Assembly (NCBI GenBank): GCA_964016885.1 | Contig: OZ024746.1 | Coordinates: 42,408,001 to 42,472,000 of the forward strand | Source: Eledone cirrhosa | Taxonomy: Eukaryota | Length of the DNA: 64,000 bases | Reading direction: 5' to 3' | Part shown: one piece after another, positions 1 to 12,649 of the stretch | How the letters are laid out: every line of letters begins with the position of its first letter | Numbering within the stretch: the stretch's first letter is position 1 | Notes under the pieces: generated by a model | Seen by the model: the letters and a program-made list of their open reading frames with translations, nothing else | What the model was told of the DNA's origin: nothing | Database searches by the model: none | Made by a program: the position numbers and the translations under genes

Positions 1-529
1 ATAACATTGAATTCACAATGTAAATATTATTGAATTTAAGATAATCTTTAAGGGGTTTTGTTGGGTTCAAAGAAATATTTGTTAGTCATTTGTCTTTTTT
101 GTCTTTTTCTTTGGTTTTAATTAAAATAAACGAAGTTTTATTGACCAAAAGCTAGATTCTTTTATTTAGACATCTGATAGGGTTTTTTTCTTCTTTTTGA
201 AAATATAGAAATAATGTATGCATTCCAAAAATCAATTAATAAATAAAATAACTAGCAGAATTTTAAAATTGTGGTGAGATAATATATTATAAAGTAAAAA
301 ATTAAGACAAAACCTTGCAAAATTTGTTCATTTTATGTAATGATGAGGATGAAGATAATGATTATATTTCTAGCATTAGGAATCCTAGTTTGGTTTAAGT
401 ATATCAGTTAAGTAGTATATAACCAAGTTTATTTATAAGAAGACACTGTCTGAATATTGACCAAATACAGGAGCAAACTCTTTTTTATCACTTATAAATA
501 ACATCTAATTCACCCCCCAAAATAGTCAG

Positions 530-1110
530 GCTATGTCCAGAAATACTGTACCAGCATTATTGTATCAGCACCTGCAATTCTTACACTTAATTTAGCCTTC
601 TGCCTTCTATCACTCACAAACATGGCCTCGAGATACTTGAACTTCTCCACCTGCTTCAGTGGAACTCCATTCACATGTAGCGTGACTGTGCAGGATTCCT
701 TGAAAGGATGAGTGCCTCAGTTTTGGCAGCAGTGATTTTCATTTCAGCCATGCAGAACTTGGCATCAAACCTATCATGTGCAAGTTTATAATCATCTTCT
801 GTCGAATTAAGTAACACCATGTTGTCTGAAGATTCCAGCTGACTGACTTTACACCTGCCAGCCGTGATACCACTTGCAACCTGGCTGTGCATGTCAATCC
901 TCTTCATGAAACTAATGAACAGGAGAGACGACAGTATGCACCATTGGAAGAGTCTGACTCCCACATTGAATAGTTTCGATTTAGCACCATTTATCTGAAC
1001 ACAAATACTCAGGCATACATATAGAGACATCAGGGCAATAAGAAACTGACCATCGATCCCATACTTCTGCAGAACCTTCCACAGCATGTCTCGAGAATGC
1101 AGCCATATGC
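530..1110 (-). mobile_element. Degenerate RTE-clade non-LTR retrotransposon fragment (reverse transcriptase)
   Basis: ORF 671-1087 resembles an RT core: LWKVLQKYGIDG, GVR..CILSSLLF, a decayed (F/Y)ADD region, KTEALILSR. The downstream frame gives QVEKFKYL. The catalytic motif is decayed. Confidence 0.8.
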
Positions 1111-1546
1111 CTTTTCTTGTTTCTTGTTATTATAATGTTTAAATTCATAAATTGATATAGTGATTCTTGAAAAAGGAGTAGCAATGTAATAGTCTATGTT
1201 TTAGATATTTCATTTTCATTCCGAAATTAGTTTATTTTGAATAAAGCAGAAATAAATTGGGGGAGTTACAATTATTGAAATCTACTGTGTGACATAATGG
1301 TTTGTAATTTGCAATAGACATTAAAAAACTAAACTCTAATCTAACATTAAAATATATGATCCCATTTCTATGATACTTTAACCTAAAAGATAATAAATCA
1401 CCTTAACAATTTTGTTATATTGGACAATGCTTAGAACAAGAAACTACTAGAATATCAAGATAAATGGATATAATGTCACTGAAATTATACATCTATTTCA
1501 GTTTTAAAGCACTAAAAATGAAAACGAAAAGCAGAAGATTACTTAC

Positions 1547-1733
1547 TGGAATTTCTGCAGCCTCGTTGAATGCAGGAGAGGCAACTCTTTGTGAAATTTT
1601 CACATTCTCTTGATCGGAACATCAATTCAGTAACATTCGCTGTCTTCATTCCAAATACAGCTGTTAAAAGTGGGGATTCATCTAAGCAAACAATGCTATT
1701 GGCTGCTGGGGAGAGTTTCTGCAAACGTTTACC
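1547..1733 (-). CDS. Coding exon of the host minus-strand gene (last exon identified in the window)
   Basis: ttcttAG acceptor and GTAAGT donor. 187 nt, phase 0 to 1. Translates GKRLQKLSPAANSIVCLDESPLLTAVFGMKTANVTELMFRSRECENFTKSCLSCIQRGCRNS. Confidence 0.8.
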
Positions 1734-2235
1734 CTAAGAAAATAACAATATATTAAAGTAATGCAGTAAGGGAAAATTGATTCAGTAAAAGTATTTGAAA
1801 AGTTTCTATAATAAATGCTCTAGAATAGCCAGTATTTAGGAACCACTTGTAGAGAATAAAGTCAGCAGTAGAGATCAATTTATCAAAATATCATTAAGAA
1901 TGAAATCTTGGATCATAAAATTATGTAGGAAGTCTTTATGCAATGAAAGTATACAACTGAAAAGAAGTCTGTCTCAATTTCAAGGAGATCATCTTAAGCC
2001 TATGAGATATTTATTGATGTGATGCTTCCCTCTTATGATATAGCAACATTCTATTACCAATGAAATCACATCTGTGCCTGGGGAAATCTGACAAACATGT
2101 ATGCTAATTAGAAGAAATATAAATTTGCCCTGCAATTGCTAATGGTATAGAAATCCTCTCTTTCTACACATATATTGAAAGGCTAAGTTGCTAAATAATT
2201 ATACTCATGGAATGGTCATATGATGAAGTAATCAC

Positions 2236-2291
2236 CTTGTTGTCAGATAATAGTTGTGATATCCTATTAATGCAAGGGTTACAATGTTTGT
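2236..2291 (-). CDS. Probable coding exon of host gene
   Basis: catAG acceptor and AAG/GTGATT donor. 56 nt, phase 1 to 0, xKHCNPCINRISQLLSDNK. The phase matches the 1733 exon. Confidence 0.6.
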
Positions 2292-3079
2292 CTATGTATG
2301 ATTTGGTTATCATTTTTATATTCATTGTATTGTTTACAATTACAATGATCACACACATACATGCATACACATACACACACAATGTAACCTGCAAATGAAA
2401 GGAAATACAATTCGAAAAAGCAACACTAGACCTTTCCTAGCAATGATATCTGATAGTTGTTTATGAGGATGACACTGATGATAGCGGTAATAATATAAAA
2501 AATGATGATAAATCTTTTTGGAGAATTTTCAGTTTTATCTATGCTTTTATAACTTAAAACCGTATTACATTTAATATATCAAATTAATGTGTTGAAAACA
2601 GAATGACTGTAACATGATTTACGGTTGTAACACTGAACAGTTAAACCAACACTGATAATTATTGATTTTTCCCCATAACACACTTTTCACTTTAATGTAA
2701 GACAGTATATGAAAGAATAAATTCAATCGAACACACTTAGTCCAAAGAAAACAGACTCAGACATTATATTGACTTCTTAGACTGCAAACATTATACTACT
2801 TGATTGAGAATTTAAATGACTAAATCATTGTGCCAGACTACATGACCAAAGTGATTATTTGAAAGATTCGCACTGTGGGCTAAGATTTAAGGATATTACT
2901 GAACATCATACGTCAGTCTAATGGCCAACAAAAGCCTTTTAGTCAGAGTAGTTGAGATAAAAGTGTAAAATTATTCCACAGATTTAAATTACTTTTTGAA
3001 CCACATACTGGTATTATGCATTTGAAAACACATTCAATGAATTGATATGACACTAATGATGTGTGTATGTGTCAGTTAC

Positions 3080-3122
3080 TTAGAGCTGAGTAGAAAGAGG
3101 GGGCTAAAACGTCAACAATGTA
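3080..3122 (-). CDS. Possible small coding exon of host gene
   Basis: ttttgtttcAG acceptor and GTAACT donor. 43 nt, open only as phase 0 to 1 (YIVDVLAPSFYSAL). It fits the 2291 exon, but I found no upstream phase-0 donor. Confidence 0.4.
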
Positions 3123-3212
3123 CTGAAACAAAATTCCATATAAATGAAATTACTGAGAAACAGAACAGAGTTGTGAGCCAAGAACCAACAATTTATAGCA
3201 TTAAAATCTTGA

Positions 3213-3660
3213 ATCATCATCATCACCGTTTTACGTCTGTTCTTCCATGCTAGCATGGGTTAGACAGGGTGTCCTGTTGTGGGCAGTGTCCGGTTGGCTG
3301 ACCTTGTCTTGCTCATACGTGAACTGATTGGCTTGATTTCTACAGCTGGATGCCCTTCCTAACACCAACCTCATTTACAGTGAGTGCTGGGTCCTTGTTT
3401 TTTTTTTCCATGGCACCTACACGTTCATTTTACAGTGTGTACTGGGTGCTTTTTTTGCCGTGGCACCTCCACGACCACTTTGCAGTGGAATGATAGGGAC
3501 TGCAGTCCTATCATCTCATTTCTACAGCTGAGTCAACTGGAGCAATGTGAAATAAAGTGTCTTCCTCAAGGAAACAACACATCACCCGGTCTGAGAATTG
3601 AAATCACAACCTTTTGATTGCAAGCCTAATGCTCTAACCACTAAGCCATGCACCTTCACC
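3213..3660 (-). mobile_element. SINE sequence: tRNA-like head (about 3500-3660) plus a SINE body ending in an RTE-type (GAT)n tail (about 3213-3480)
   Basis: The reverse complement starts GGTGCATGGCTTAGTGGTTAG (A-box-like), followed by a decayed B-box. The tail AACCCATGCTAGCATGGAAGAACAGACGTAAAACGGTGATGATG matches the 3' ends at 7245-7290 and 18376-18430. Confidence 0.75.
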
Positions 3661-4037
3661 AATAAATCCATATATTCTCAAAATATATTAAAATAGATAA
3701 CCATATTTTAACATATATTGCAACAATATATTCAATTTATAACAGAAAAATACAAATGAAAAATTACCATCACAAGTCATTCAGTACAGATACAATTTTT
3801 GAATGCTATGATTTGAGAGAATAAGTAAAATTGTGAATCATAATAATAAGCTGTCTGTCTGCTGAGTTACTAGTTGAAATCTGTCAGATTCAATGGAAAT
3901 GTATCTTAAGATTTAAAGCTTACATTATTGTCAGTTTGTTAATGAAATCCCAAATATAGTTACTGAAGAACGTGGAGGGAAGAGATTTTGGGAAGATAAA
4001 CAATGTAGTTACAAAAAGAAAATTGAGCTTGGGTAAA

Positions 4038-4039
<2 letters not shown>

Positions 4040-4095
<56 letters not shown>

Positions 4096-4814
4096 CATAT
4101 GTAAGTATCTATAATATATACATATATATATATATATAATATATACATATATAAATATCTATAAAATATATATATATATATAATATATATAAAAAAATGC
4201 AGGGCAATAAAGATAGACGGTAGCCACGGAGTAGGCAGACCAAGAAAAACCTGGGACGACATGATAAATTCCGACCTCACACACTTACACCTCTCCAAGA
4301 GAATGTCACTGGACCGAGATCTTTGGCGGTACTCAGTAATAGAGAAGACCCGCCTTACCTAAATACAAAGTAAAACCTACTACAGTCAGTAGGCATCTCT
4401 AACAAAATACACCCCATCCCACCACCCCCACAAACCATCCACACTGCCCCTTTCAATCTAAAGTTATGTTGGTGCCACAACATCCAAGCCAAAACAAATT
4501 AGATCGTGTAGGTGTCACGACAAAAAAACACACAGTCTACGCTGTAATGTGGCCGTGTAGGCAACACGGTAAAAACCTCCCAGTCCCACACTGTAAATGT
4601 GGTTGGTGTTAGGAAGGGCATCCAGCTGTAGAAAACCCGCCAGATAGTCCTATGCGAGCAAGACAACCACTCTTGCCTCAAGTGGGAAAACTCCCGTCCA
4701 AACCCATGCAAGCGTGGAACATGGACGTTAAACGATGATGATGATAATGATGATGAATATATACATATATAAATATCTATAATATATATATATATAATAT
4801 ACATATATAAATAG

Positions 4815-4883
<69 letters not shown>

Positions 4884-5081
4884 CATATATAAATAGCTAT
4901 AATATATATATATATATAATATAAATATATATAATATATACATATATAAATACCTATAGTATATACATATATAAATACCTATAATATATACATACATATA
5001 TATATATATATAATATATACTTATATATATACATGTGTATATAAATACATATGTATATTATATATACATATATATATATAT

Positions 5082-5139
<58 letters not shown>

Positions 5140-5318
5140 TATATAATATATACATATATAAGTATCTATAATATATATATAATATATACATATAAATAAT
5201 ATATACATATATAAGTATCTATAATAAATATATATAATATATACATATATCAGTATCTATAATATATATATATAATATATACATATATAAATATCTATAA
5301 TATATATATATATTATAG
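4040..5318. repeat. (TA)n-derived complex minisatellite interrupted by an RTE 3' fragment (about 4195-4360) and an RTE-tail SINE (about 4500-4755)
   Basis: Repeated unit similar to ATATCTATAATATATATATATAATATATACATATATAA. The insert translates GSHGVGRPRKTWDDMINSDL, typical of an RTE C-terminus. Confidence 0.8.
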
Positions 5319-7287
5319 AGGCCAACCTGGAGAAGAAAGATCTGGAAGCTGAAAGACCCCTCAACCAGTAACAGATTTAAAGATATTTTACTCAACGCCT
5401 ATGACAGTAAAGAAGAACAGATATAGACATTCAATGTAGAAGAGAACTGGGAGTTCCTAAAAAATAATTTACTAGAGGCGACGGATGAGGTCTGTGGCTG
5501 GAGTAAGACCTCAAGCAGGAGGAGAGTGACTTGGTGGTGGAACAATAAGGTAGATGAGGCAGTTAAGGCCAAGAGACAGGCATGGAAAGAATGGAAGAAC
5601 GGGGGGAGCAGGGTACATTACATAGAGACCAAGAGGGAAGCTAGGCGACAAGTATACTTAGCTAGGAGGGAAGCAGAGGATAGAAAATTCAAGCATGTTT
5701 TGCAACGTGAGGACCAGAAACAGGTGTTCAAGATTGCGAGGCAGTGTGTCAGAGACAGTTTTGATGTCATTGGAGAGAAGTGTATCCGGAATGATAAAGG
5801 TGAGCTTGCCCTCACAAGTGCTGAGAAGAAAGATGCATGGAAGAGTCATTATGATAGATTACTAAATGAGGAGAATGCATGGGAAGAAGAGACCCTATCC
5901 CAAGTAGACCCTATAGAGGAGCCAGCAGTACAAGTCAGCAGCAACGTAGTAAGTAAGGCAATCAAAGATATGAAGATGGGGAAGGCAACCGGTCCATCAA
6001 GTATAGCTGCCGAGATGCTGAAGACATCTGGGTCTGTAGGTCACACTATAACCACACGTATTATTAACCAGGTAATACTAGAAGGTGTCATACCAAAAGA
6101 TTGGTGCAGTAGCATCATTGTCAACTGCTACAAAAGTAAAGGTGATGCACTAGATAGAGGAAACTATAGAGGTATAAAGCTGATGGATCAGGTCATGAAA
6201 GTAACAGAAAGAGTTATAGCACAGTTGATTAGGGACAGGGTGAAACTAGACGAGATGCAATTTGGGTTTGTACCAGGAAGAGGCACCACTGATGCCCTCT
6301 TCCTTGTGAGGCAGTTACAGGAAAAGTACCTAGCCAAAAGTAAGCCACTCTACCTGGCATTTGTCGACCTTGAGAAAGCCTTTGACAGAGTTCCACGTGC
6401 TGTAATCTGGTGGGCTCTTAGAAAACTAGGAGTAGATGAATGGCTTGTGAAAGCGGTACAAGCCATGTATAGGGGAGCAGTCAGCAAAGTTAGGATTAGC
6501 AATGAGTATAGCGAGGAATTTAGCGTACAGGTTGGGGTCCACCAGGGCTCTGTTCTTAGCCCCTCCTGTTCATCATAGTCCTGCAGGCAATAACGGAGGA
6601 GTTTAAGACCGGATGCCCATGGGAACTCCTGTATGCTGATGACCTCGCACTGATAGCTGAATCTATGGTAGAACTAGAGAATAAATTCCAAACTTGGAAG
6701 CAGGGACTAGAAACAAAGGGTCTCAAAGTCAACATGACAAAGACTAAGGTCCTTGTAAGTAGACGAGAAAACAGAACCCAGATCCCCTCAGGGAAATGGC
6801 CTTGCTCAGTATGGAGGAAAGGTGTAGGTAGGAACTCCATTCTCTGCCCCAAATGCAAACAATGGGTACACAAGAGATGTAGCGGGATCTCAGGAAGCTT
6901 AATTAAGAATGTAGGCTTCACATGCAGCAGCTGTGCTGGGACAGCAAGCAGCAAACAGCCACAGGAAACAAGTACCACCAATCTCTGGGAGGGCTCTGTA
7001 GAAATAGTAGACAGCTTCTGCTACCTAGGTGACTGAATTAGCAGCGGAGGTGGGTGTTCAGAAAGTACAATAACTAGGGTAAGAACGGGATGGAAGAAGT
7101 TTAGGGAACTACAACCACTGCTAGCTGCAAAAGGCTTCTCCCTCAGAATGAAATCAAGCTGTAGAAATCAAGCCAAATCAGTTCCTGTATGAGCAAGGCA
7201 TGGTCAGCCGACCAGACACTGCCCACAACATGACAACCCATCTAACCCATGCTAGCGTGGAAGAACGGACGTAAAACGGTGATGATG

Positions 7288-7290
<3 letters not shown>
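5319..7290 (+). mobile_element. 5'-truncated RTE-clade LINE (RT plus internal Cys-rich PHD-like finger), frameshifted
   Basis: ORF 5526-6578 has KGDALDRGNYRGIKL, QFGFVPGRGTTDA, AFVDLEKAFDRVPR and GVHQGSVLSP. The next frame has ELLYADDL, then WPCSV..NSILCPKCKQWVHKRCSG. It ends in a (GAT)n tail and sits inside (TA)n. Confidence 0.95.
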
Positions 7291-7322
<32 letters not shown>

Positions 7323-7391
7323 ATATATATATACTTATATATATACATGTGTATATAAATACATATGTATATTATATATACATATATATAT

Positions 7392-7490
<99 letters not shown>

Positions 7491-7794
7491 TGAATGCAAA
7501 GACCATAGGAGATTAAAAGTATAAAAGTAAAGAAGGAAGTATAATATATGTTTGAATTCTGAATAGTTGATTAAAATAACATCTTTTAATATGATAATCA
7601 TATATTTCATCTCTAGTACAGAGCAATCTATTTACATTGCACAGAATAGTTATTATATTAGTATGAGCAATGTATATTTTACATCAGATAATATTACTCT
7701 TTACAACCAATTTTGGGGCAGGTAGTAACAGTACATGATAGCTTCCTCATGTAATATCTTGCTTTTCTGATTTGAAAATATTGATTTGTCTTAC

Positions 7795-7895
7795 ATAGGC
7801 AGCTTGTCTCTTTCAGAAGTATTTCTAAATCAAAATCAGTCTGCCTATTTGGAGACCTGTCTCTTTGTTTAAACTGTAATCCTTTATTCATGGTT
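7795..7895 (-). CDS. Coding exon of host gene (acceptor secure, donor ambiguous; may extend to about 7698)
   Basis: cattgtAG acceptor with phase 2 start matching the 8671 exon. Translates TMNKGLQFKQRDRSPNRQTDFDLEILLKETSCL. A GTAAGA donor lies at 7794 (phase 1), but the frame stays open (CKTNQYFQIRKARYYMRKLSCTVTTCPKIGCKE) to a GTAATA donor at 7697 (phase 2). Confidence 0.65.
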
Positions 7896-8670
7896 CTACA
7901 ATGATTAGTCAACTTTATGATGATCATAATTCTGAACAGACAACATACCCAAGCAATGTTATAAAAATAAAACAATAATGAATCTCTAGAAATAGATTAA
8001 TTCAGTGCTATGGTTCTAGAGCCAGTGCAAACATAGTTGGTATTTGTTAGCAGAAGCAGAAACACTTCTGTCTACATTTATGACAAAAGGATTCTCTATT
8101 AAAATGCAGGTTGTAATAATACCTTTGAAAGGTGTGGTGTAGAACGTACACTTTGGAATCATCAATGAATAAAAGACTTTTGGCAATATCCCTTATTCTG
8201 TGGTATGGTAAATGATGAGGAAACAACAGACATGTTCAGTATGGAAATATATCAATACTGGGTAATCATTGGAATCAATAGGTTTTCAAAATGTGTAGCA
8301 AAACCTAAGACAGTTTAAAAAGGAACAGACACTATTTGTGCACCAGAATCATTGGTGCAACTAAAAATAAAGAATGTATATCATAGATTGCTTAAATGGT
8401 TTGTTGAGATAACACCTAAGCTGTATTATTTCTTTTAGAATAATCTAAATAGTTTGGTTATCATAATTAACGATAGTGGTAATAAAACAATATTATAGTT
8501 TTTTTGTTTTTTTTTAATGTAAATTATTTGGAATAATTTCAACAAAAGTTAAAAAGCAAAATTTAATTTTTCAGAAACATTATATAAATAAGAATAAATT
8601 TATATATTAAAATATTGTTTAATTTTGTCTTAACTAACAAATTACTGGTGGCATGAGTCATACATCTCAC

Positions 8671-8792
8671 TTGGAGGAAATGAGAGATGACAACGATGAT
8701 ACCCAGGTTAGCAGCTCATCAGAATGTGGCAGAGGAGGGACTCTAATGTGACCATGACAACCATCACCACCACTTGGGAAAGATGTGCCCTC
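8671..8792 (-). CDS. Coding exon of host gene
   Basis: tctttcAG acceptor and GTGAGA donor. 122 nt, phase 0 to 2, the only open frame: EGTSFPSGGDGCHGHIRVPPLPHSDELLTWVSSLSSLISS. Confidence 0.8.
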
Positions 8793-9136
8793 CTGAAAGA
8801 AGGGCAGGCTATTTGTGGGAAGGTTTGCTTGTTTATATCTAGATAGCAGATAAATAGCAAATACAGAATTAATTTTAGTATAAATAGTCAATATAAGATC
8901 CCACATTTGATCAGAGTTTTAGTTGTTTGTAAATACCAATAATGGAAAACAAATAATTAATATAGCAATTTTGAGTTAAGATATTCACCTGAAAATATTG
9001 GTGTCATCATTTCAAATATGCTGCTGATATAGTAAAGCTCATACATTCTTTTTATTTAGTAAATAGTTCTTTTCGGAAAGTTGTTAATAAATTTCTTTTA
9101 CCGTTATTGTAGGTAACAATTTCTTTAGCCATAGAT

Positions 9137-9390
9137 GGAGGTGCATGGCTTAGTTGTAAGGGTGTTGGACTTATGATCATAATATCGTGGGTTTGATTCC
9201 TGGATCAGACTGTATTTTGTGTTCTTGAGCAAAACACTTCATTTCACATTGCTCCAGTATATGCAGCTGAAAATGAATACCAGCAATAGCTGGGGGTTTA
9301 TCCCTGTGAAGGACTGGTGCCAACATAGAAACTGGGATAAGCTTCAGCCAGATGAGTGTCCGGACATAAGACATCCTTTAGATATAGGTC
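9137..9390 (+). mobile_element. tRNA-derived SINE (same head family as 3500-3660)
   Basis: GGTGCATGGCTTAGTTG A-box-like and GGTTTGATTCC B-box-like motifs, then GTGTTCTTGAGCAAAACACTTCATTTCACATTGCTCCAGT. A related minus-strand remnant lies at about 59520-59650. Confidence 0.7.
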
Positions 9391-9459
9391 AGCCTTGATT
9401 GAGCTATGATAAAATATGTTACAACCATTCCCACTTTTTGTATATCTATTATTATCATG

Positions 9460-9529
<70 letters not shown>

Positions 9530-9795
9530 GTTACATTGGTACCACAAAACATCCAGCCCACTCAGTAAAGAGGTCGTGTATGTATTGAAAGAAAGGCATT
9601 CTATGGTAAAAATTGCCCCAGCAACGATGGGTTGCTCTGCTAGTAAAATCTTTCAAATGTTCAAAGTATATGACTGTTGGTAACTATTTTAGATTTACTG
9701 TTGTAAACTAATCTAAATGTGCATTTTACAACAACCCATAAAACCACATTTGTTGCAATGAATGGCTCAAGGAATTTAGGGAAATAATTACAAAA

Positions 9796-9983
9796 TACGA
9801 TGGTTGGCTGAAAAGTTCATAGGCTGAGTATGAAGGATTGAAATCTTGCATGCATTAATTTCAACTTTTATTATTAATAACTGCATTGCTTCTTTCCTTG
9901 GACTACGTTGAAAAATATACCTCATTTGGTTATTCCATGAGAATATGCTGGTTAGGCTATGAACTTTTCAGGTGACCCTCATA
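9796..9983. mobile_element. Mariner-type MITE
   Basis: Imperfect TIRs TACGATGGTTGGCTGAAAAGTTCATAG and CTATGAACTTTTCAGGTGACCCTCATA, with TA at both ends. Confidence 0.7.
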
Positions 9984-10015
9984 TCAAAGATAAGCAATAA
10001 AAGAGACAGCCTTAC

Positions 10016-10193
10016 CTTTAATTTTGGACAAACATTATTTGTAGATCGTTTGATATATTTTTGACCATCACTATAAGACTCAGGACATTGTGGTACTGCA
10101 GGATTTTTGGAGTCACATATAACTACTGTAGCATTGGTACTTCGATTAGGATGAACTTCCAGAATCATATTGTAATAATCTGGCAGTGGATGC
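10016..10193 (-). CDS. Coding exon of host gene
   Basis: ttttctttctttaAG acceptor and GTAAGG donor. 178 nt, phase 2 to 0: HPLPDYYNMILEVHPNRSTNATVVICDSKNPAVPQCPESYSDGQKYIKRSTNNVCPKLK. Confidence 0.85.
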
Positions 10194-11478
10194 CTTAAAG
10201 AAAGAAAATCAATTGTGTTATAGGTGATAAAACCAAAATATAAGTACTTATCAGGTAACTAGGAAAAGAAAGATATTTTCAGATTAATCTTTTGGTTTTA
10301 TCATTAGAAATAATTTGTAATTTAACTATTTTAAGTCTAGTTAAATATTAAATAGAAAAATGGATATATTTTTATCATTTTTCAAATTAATAAGCTCATG
10401 TTTGGAATAATTTCAACAAAAGTCAATAAAGGAAGTATACTTTCCTAGAAGCATTTTATGAGTAAGTATAAATTTCTTTTTATTTAACTAACACTTCTTA
10501 ATATGACTGTGTGGTTCAGAAGTTGGCTTTGTAAACATATGTTTCAGGTTCAGTACATCTTTTTTTAAATCTTGTTATCTTCAAACCTTTAATGACCAAA
10601 TTTCTTATAAAATATGATTTTCTAATAATTTAGCAAATAATGAAGAACTTGGAGTGATTTACTAATAATATAAGTAACTCTCTTGTTATTAAACTATTGT
10701 CTGGAACATAACTTAACAAAGGATCTTACATAAAATTATGATGTAAGGTTTTTTAGATAAATATGAATATTTTAGAATGTTTTAGAATATAAATATTCTA
10801 AAACAAACAGCTTTGTATCATAGAACAAGGGAAAGTCTCAGGCAGTTTAGTATCAAAAGGATTAAACTAAAGGCAAAATGAGAAGTGTAACAGTTAAATG
10901 TTTTTCTTTTTATTATATCAACAAAACCATCTCTAAATGTAAATAATATAGATATAATTATAAGCCAAATAATCTGGCAAGAAAATAGAATATAAGAACT
11001 TAATTAATGGGAACATCATGAATATGAGGTTAAAAGTCTGCTTTAAGTAAAAGCGTTCTTTAAAATGAACACTTGCAGTTCAAATCTAAAACATCTTTGA
11101 AGTAACACTTCATGAGAACACAACAAAAGAATGGCTAAATATGAATTACAAACATATTTGACCTTTAGTCTATAAATGTATGCTCATGTCAGTATACAGT
11201 GATATTGCATTTCTTGTTTCTTAATATACAAAGCTAGCATTGTTTTATTTTCAATAATATTACACATTCTTTTTTTTAAATATAGAGAGATGAGTAAGAG
11301 TTGGTTTCTGTAATAGAACAAAAATATTAAATTGCTTCACTTACACTTGCTGTAGAAATGTGTATAGTTGAAAATTCCCCCCACTCTCTCTCTCTATATA
11401 TATGTTAGGTAATTCCGAAGGAAAAAAGTTCTATGTATAGAACAGAACTATTTAATTAGAAAGTGAACAACACAAAAT

Positions 11479-11560
11479 ATAACTACTCCATTACCAAAGG
11501 TTTCTGGATCCCAGACAATATTGATAAACATCTGGATCAGTCATCAGACAGAGATGTTAT
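11479..11560 (-). ncRNA. Type I hammerhead ribozyme (left palindrome arm)
   Basis: Reverse complement: AUAAC AU CUCUGU-CUGAUGA-C-UGAUCCAGAU..GUCUGGGAUCCA-GAAA-CC UUU GG-UA-AUGGAG UA GUUAU. It has the conserved core and three stems. Confidence 0.75.
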
Positions 11561-12151
11561 GGATCAAAAATATGAAATGAGATTTAAAATCTGTTAAAAG
11601 TTGGAAGTGAGGCTGGAAAATAACGGGAAATATACATAAGAAAAAATATATAAAAGAAGGGTAAGAAAAATAATATATAAAAATATATAGCAATATATAA
11701 AAAGACATATATACATATACAGACATAAATATATATACAGACATATACTTACACACACATATATTATGTATATATACACATACATGTATATATATATATA
11801 TATATCCTAAGGCTGCAAGCTCATAAGTAAAAAAATAGTATAACAAATACACATGCAAATACATATATATATACACATGGCATAGATAAAAAGTGTATAA
11901 ACACACTAGTCTGCAAACATAGACATATGCAAATACACACATATATATATACATGCAAACATATACATGCATATACACACATACAGAGATATACATACAC
12001 ACACACAAATTTGTGTGTGTGTATGTATATGTGTGTATATGTTCATGTGTATATATATATATATATATATGCGTAGATATATATATATGTGTGTGTATTT
12101 GCGTATGTATATGTTTGCAGACTAGTGTGTTTATATGCTTTTGTGTATGCC

Positions 12152-12193
<42 letters not shown>

Positions 12194-12567
12194 TTGCATG
12201 TGTATTTATTATACTATTTTTTTACTTATGAGCTCACAGCCTTAGCGTATATATACATGTATATATAATATGTGTGTGTATATGTATATGTGTGTGTGTG
12301 TATGTATATGCCTGTATATGTATTTATGTGGTTGTGTGTGTGTGTGTGTGTATGTGTATGTCCGTGTACATGTATGTTTGTGTATATATATATTTTACTT
12401 ATGTCTGTATATGTATATATGTCTTTTTATATATTGCTATATATTTTTATCTATTATTTTTCATACCCTTCTTTTATATATTTTTTCTTATGTATATTTC
12501 CTGTTATTTTTCCAGCCTCACTTCCAATTTTTAACAGATTTTAAATCTCATTTCATATTTTTTATCC

Positions 12568-12649
12568 ATAACATCTCTGTCTGATGACTGATCCAGACGT
12601 TTATCAATATTGTCTGGGATCCAGAAACCTTTGGTAATGGAGTAGTTAT
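12568..12649 (+). ncRNA. Type I hammerhead ribozyme (right palindrome arm)
   Basis: CTGATGA at 12581-12587, GAAA at 12624-12627 and GTA cleavage triplet at 12634-12636. Stem I is CUCUGU/AUGGAG plus AUAAC/GUUAU. Stem II is CCAGAC/GUCUGG with flanking pairs. Stem III is ACC-UUU-GGU. Confidence 0.75.

Noticed and set aside
2475-2520. CTGATGA motif as a hammerhead core (also similar hits inside LINE RT coding sequence)
   Set aside because: No downstream GAAA/UH with compatible stems. The LINE hits mostly encode the YADD motif.
3960-5208. ORFs rich in YI/IY repeats (also 11544-12584, 33964-34406, 54201-54542, 59716-60797)
   Set aside because: They are translations of (TA)n/(CA)n microsatellites, which lack stop codons by composition.
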